64,000 bases of DNA, taken from contig CDLV01000010.1 in NCBI GenBank assembly GCA_001244265.2, positions 682,001-746,000 on the forward strand, read 5' to 3'. This document shows, piece by piece, positions 59,651 through 64,000 of the stretch (position 1 is its first letter; every line of letters begins with the position of its first letter). Both the position numbers and the translations under genes were made by a program. The notes under the pieces are model-generated. The model was not told where the DNA came from. It saw nothing but the letters and a program-made list of their open reading frames with translations, and did not search any database. Source of the stretch: Microbotryum violaceum (taxonomy: Eukaryota).

Positions 59651-62199
59651 AGGTTGCTCGGGGGTGGGAAATGATTGGGTGCTAGGTGGTCCTTCCGGTA
59701 GCGCCGATTACTTCTGCCAGTACCTCTCGTACAATGTTGGTATAACCCCTTCCTGTATCAAAAAGTTTCGTGAGTTAGCGGTATTGTTAGCGAGACTTGC
59801 GTGTGTTGAAGTTGTCGCCTTGTCGAGTATGGAAACGATTCAGATCCGTCGAGAGACACGCCACTATTGAGCGCCGACGCAGTTCCGTTCATGCGAAAAA
59901 TCAGCCGGCGTGTCGAACCAGTTAGCAGAATTCGGCAAGATGCTGTTTCAGTTATAAAGGATAAAACTTGTTACGCTCTGTATGCTTTCATCAAGCGTCA
60001 AGATCTTTTGGAACAACAGAGAAGAAACAGTGGAATTGATGGCACAGTACTTAGGTTCTTTGGCGCTGACTAGGTGCAATCAACTCTCGTCATGTCTTGT
60101 GTTACGAGACCGCAAGGACGGCCCCACTCGGATCGCTTCCTGAATGATCGTCATTATGGAGCATCGTCGCACGTGTCTGGTTCCTGAATGGCCTGCGTCC
60201 CGACAGAAGACGCGCAACGAGAGACGCTCACCGCACTAAGTAGCCATGTCCGGGCTTCCACCCCACGAACTTACCCTGGCCCAGAACACTTCGCGCGTCT
60301 CAGGCCCTTCTCTTCGTCGTCGGTAACGGACCCGGACTACAAATTCGAGCGGCTGGACGCGACGAAGCCACTGACTAACGTCTCGCTTGGTTTTCACTAC
60401 CTTTTAACCATGTCGAATGGCGCGCGGTATCGCAGAAAAGATGTGAGCGTGGAAGTAAAGCCTTCCGATAGGTGAGGGTGCACAACGCCGAGAAGTCAGG
60501 ACCACAATGTAGAGCGAGTGATGAGAAAGCTACCAAGGCCTAAATAGCCGCGCGGGAAGAAAGCTCCGCGCGCTCCCAAACTTAAACATATCAAAGTCCA
60601 ATACCAAAGTGACTAATGACTACTGGGCGAGACAAAAAGGACAAAAAGCGAAAGAGTCGATGACTAAACGCACGCGCAACCGCGCAGATACCACAGGCAC
60701 AGACACATCAAATGACACGCTGAACTGAACTTTAGGGAAGCCCTCCCACACACCTCGACTCGACCCGGTGGTGAGAGAGCTCTCAAGAGTAGACAGCCGT
60801 GCGGAAGAAAGCGAGTCATGGTCCGCGTCGAGCCGCTGTGAGTTCTTCCTCTCGACGGGAGAACAAGAAGCGAGTCAGGATCGTTAAAGACACCGATGAC
60901 GAGCAGGACGACGACCACCGCCACCGCCACAGCAATATCGAAGCGCAGCAGTATCAACTTCTTGTCGTTGAGGCACCGCCACAACTTCGTGCGCTTTTCT
61001 AAACTATGGACAGGATTCGCCATCGAGGTCGGCTCAGGTTCCCAGCCAAACCTCCTACCAAATCTGTCCCGAGCTACTTCGCCCCACGAGCTGCTGTCGA
61101 ACCCACTACGTAACTCGCGGGAAAAACAACGTTGAAGCTTCTTGCCGCGCATACGGCTCGACCCTTTACCTCCCTCGCCGCCGACAGCGGTGATCGGGTC
61201 GTGAGAAATGACGCCACTGCACATGCCACTACCTCCAAGGCCGTCGCAGTCGTTCCCGCGGCGTCCGGCTAATTGTCCTCTCGTCCCAGCACTGATGAGA
61301 CCACCGGCCGTAACAACGAACGAAAGAACGTCTAGAGTTTTGAATTCGTCGAAACGAGTGACGAGAGGACGGTCTCACGCAGAACCCTCAACAAAGCTCT
61401 GATCATGGCAGTGCGCCGACCAGGCTTGCCTCCTCGGAGCCAGTGATTGCGCATTCGACCCGTCGCGAGCAACGCTCCACTCCCCCCCACTCCCCCCCAC
61501 TCCCCCCCTTCCCCTTCCGCAGTTCACGACAAATCCGACATTTTGTTCGACTCGGACTGTATCGACGTCTCACAGGTCGGCCTCGAGACAGCGACGAGTC
61601 GATCGCTCCGACCTGCCAACGTTCCGAGTTGCGCTCCCTCGTGCTCCGGCGTCGTCGCCCCTGGCTGCCCTGCTCCTACCGCGGCGCCGACTCTTGCACC
61701 GGAGCCCTTCAATGGCCCGCCAGGCGCAGCTGCGGGTGCAGTAACGTTTCCCCTTTCCCCTCCCCCTCCCCTCCCCTCCCCCTCCCCCTCGCGCCGATCG
61801 CCCCGTACGGCGTCACTCAGCTGCGCGCGATTGCTCAGCCGCAGCTCCTAACAGACAAACTAGGCACGCATGGGCGGCGCTGCTGCCTCGCGTCGCAATC
61901 AATTCGTCCGCGGCCGGATACAGCTACCACCACCCTTGCAACTTCCAAACCTGAGTTGCACGCGCTACTCGAAGATGGGCGAGACCCCGCCTTCTTTGGC
62001 GTTTTGGCATTCCGTCCGACTCACCGCCTGACGTGGGGCGACTAGTATTGATTAGTTGATTCTACGTTACTCGCTTTCGCCTCATGAAGAGGTTCCTTAG
62101 CTCAGTAACGTCGATCGATCCTCCCCAATTTGTATCAGTGTAGTGTTGTGCTGTATTCTGTTTAATATGTCATAGCCGCAATACTCTAGTGCGCCTGGT

Positions 62200-62395
62200 T
62201 ACGGCCTGAATCAGAATCAATCTTAACCACTTAAAACCCCCCTGGGAGATTTACAGAGACACAAGGCGACCCTTACACGCCTGGATAGACGCCCGTAACT
62301 CCTCGAGTGTCGTTTCGGTGATCGGTTCCAAAGTATCCGACGAGAATCGGCGGCGGCGAGAGAGCTTCCAGATCGAGTGGAAGAAGCTGGTGCGC
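62200..62395 (-). mobile_element. 5'-truncated fragment of a LINE related to the 28.2-33.5 kb element
   Basis: Encodes FFHSIWKLSRRRRFSSDTLEPITETTLEELRASIQACKGRLVSL*, versus FFHAIWKLSRRRRFSSDPLEPIAETAFEELRASIQESKGRLVSL* in the full element. Also shares the proximal 3' UTR. Confidence 0.9.
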
Positions 62396-62579
62396 CAATC
62401 TTGGCGTGGGCTTCCCAGCTTTAGTTAATGCGGTCCAGCGCCCGATTAGGATCGTCTCTTTTTGTAGACTAGTTGGAATTGAAAATATTATTCTCCTTCC
62501 GAGTTTCAGCCCGTTAAGTTCACCACTGCAGCAGTTTCGTGGTGCTTCCCAAACTAGGCCGCCGCTCCTGCAAGCATCA

Positions 62580-63107
62580 ATGCCCTCCGCGAGCTCGTTC
62601 GTCCTGTCTGGGATCGCCAGGGATGGCTACACGACCTCGACCGCTTCGACGGCGACCTGCTTTTGTGGGGCCGTCCAGCTCGAGTTTCCCCTCGAGGCGC
62701 CGGGGCTCGTCTCGTCGTTTGTGTGCCATTGCTACGACTGTCGCAAGATCACGGCGTCCATGTTTGCTTCCAACTTCATCGTGCTCAATTCGCACCTCAA
62801 GCACCTGCGCGGCGGAGCCAACCTATCGAGCTGGGGTCAGGCTGCGACGATCGAGTCGGGTCATCGGATGACCAATCATTTTTGCAAGACGTGCGGGACC
62901 CTCATGTATCGCGTCAGCGAAGGGTTCCCTGAGTCCAAGGTACTGAGGATCGGGACTGTCGACGATTTCAGTTTGCACGAGACCATCCTGAAGCCGAGCA
63001 TGGAGCAATACGTCAAAGATCGGGTCGGGTGGTTGAAACCAGCCGAAGGCATGCGCCAGAGTCACGGGTCGCGTTGGCAAGTCAAGCCGCGGGGGGGCAA
63101 GCTGTAG
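62580..63107 (+). CDS. GFA/Mss4-like zinc-binding protein (glutathione-dependent formaldehyde-activating family), intronless
   Basis: ATCFCGAVQ, CHCYDCRK, HFCKTCGT, LRIGTVDD. Confidence 0.9.
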   Translation: MPSASSFVLSGIARDGYTTSTASTATCFCGAVQLEFPLEAPGLVSSFVCHCYDCRKITASMFASNFIVLNSHLKHLRGGANLSSWGQAATIESGHRMTNHFCKTCGTLMYRVSEGFPESKVLRIGTVDDFSLHETILKPSMEQYVKDRVGWLKPAEGMRQSHGSRWQVKPRGGKL

Positions 63108-63827
63108 CGATCTGGAATGCATCGGGGGTTCACGATGTGTGCGATGGTAGTAGTGTGAATGGTGCTCCCTCGTCCAAGTGTGATGGTGGACTTCTTGTGC
63201 CGCCAGGCAGCCATGATAGTATCTTGATCGGATTGTTCATAAGCTGACGCTGGTATTCAAGGAAACTGCAGGAATGTATTGCTACTCTTGGAACGATGAT
63301 AAAACATTGTTCTAATTAGCTTATTAAATCCAAGGGCTTAGCGAGATCCGCGGCTCCAGAGAGACCATCCACCAGAGTATTCGCTTCTCAATAACCGGAC
63401 GAGATTGCCGCGGTGATTTTGTCGGCCGGTCAGGCTGATAACAAGTCAGTGGTGCTACTACATCATGGCACAACCCCGCCACTGCAGAATTACCAGACCG
63501 GGCACTACCTTGACACAAGTCCGACGCACCCAAGAAGCATCCTGAGTGATTCCCATGATCAGGCTCGAAGGTACATTTTTCAGCTTTCAGTGTTTCACGA
63601 CGTCCACGGTCTGCCCCCGGCGGCGACGGCGGCGAAGACTCAGGTGAAGAGGCCCGTGCGCGCTGGATCAATGAACGACGCTACCGAGGCCGCCTTCGCC
63701 TTTGTCGTCGCTCCCCACCCGCCACCGCGGAACGATTCGAACCAACCGCGAATGTTCGTTGACTCGACACCTGGCCCAGATCGAATGGACCGTGTGCTGA
63801 CCCGGCGCTTGCGCTGGCTGTGCACAG

Positions 63828-63968
63828 ATGCCTTCCCCGACGTCATACTGGCTCACGACGACCCGCGCCGACAGTTCGTCCTCGGCGGACCAGCTCGAGG
63901 ACCTGCAGCGCGTCCTGGGCCACGGCAAGCTCGGGCGAGCCGCCTACATCGACTTTCCCCAGTTCAAG
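63828..63968 (+). CDS. VMA5: First coding exon of probable V-ATPase subunit C (gene continues beyond the window)
   Basis: MPSPTSYWLTTT...IDFPQFK followed by a GTACGT donor. Resembles the Vma5 N-terminus (YWLIS...IPxFK|xGTLD). Confidence 0.6.
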
Positions 63969-64000
63969 GTACGTTTCTCTCGAGCCCCCTGACCCCGGTC

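Noticed and set aside
1..64000. Pheromone precursor, STE3 receptor, tRNA or rRNA genes
   Set aside because: Looked for by eye because of STE20; none could be supported.

Overview
Intron-rich, GC-rich fungal genomic DNA, most consistent with a basidiomycete of the Microbotryomycetes (inferred from gene style and TE types, not from a database search). About 15 host genes can be supported. These are a partial low-complexity gene, STE20 PAK kinase, an MFS monocarboxylate-type transporter, PMP3, CCZ1, a GH20 HexD/GcnA-like hexosaminidase, an Inn1/Fic1-like C2 protein, a fatty-acid-hydroxylase-type P450, SPC105/KNL1, MsrB, a BRCT-only protein, TIM44, a secreted GPI-type PEBP, an SqdX/SQD2/MgtA-like GT4 glycosyltransferase, a GFA protein and the first exon of VMA5. 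Three transposon islands separate them. At about 9.0-13.3 kb, a Helitron and a solo LTR are nested in another Helitron-like element. At about 28.2-37.8 kb lie a near-complete L1/Tx1-type LINE, an LTR, a copia relic and an internally inverted Helitron-like relic. At about 53.7-54.7 kb is a gypsy relic. Two tandem paralogs (P450, PEBP) survive only as TE-truncated pseudogenes. No RNA genes or CRISPR arrays were seen, and I could not confidently identify a new biological system. The best leads are: a probably intact LINE whose frameshifts all fall in homopolymers and whose 5' UTR is highly structured, the SQD2-like GT4, the PolX-like BRCT protein with no polymerase domain, and possible proximity to the mating-type P/R locus. 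All coordinates were read by eye and may be off by a few bases.
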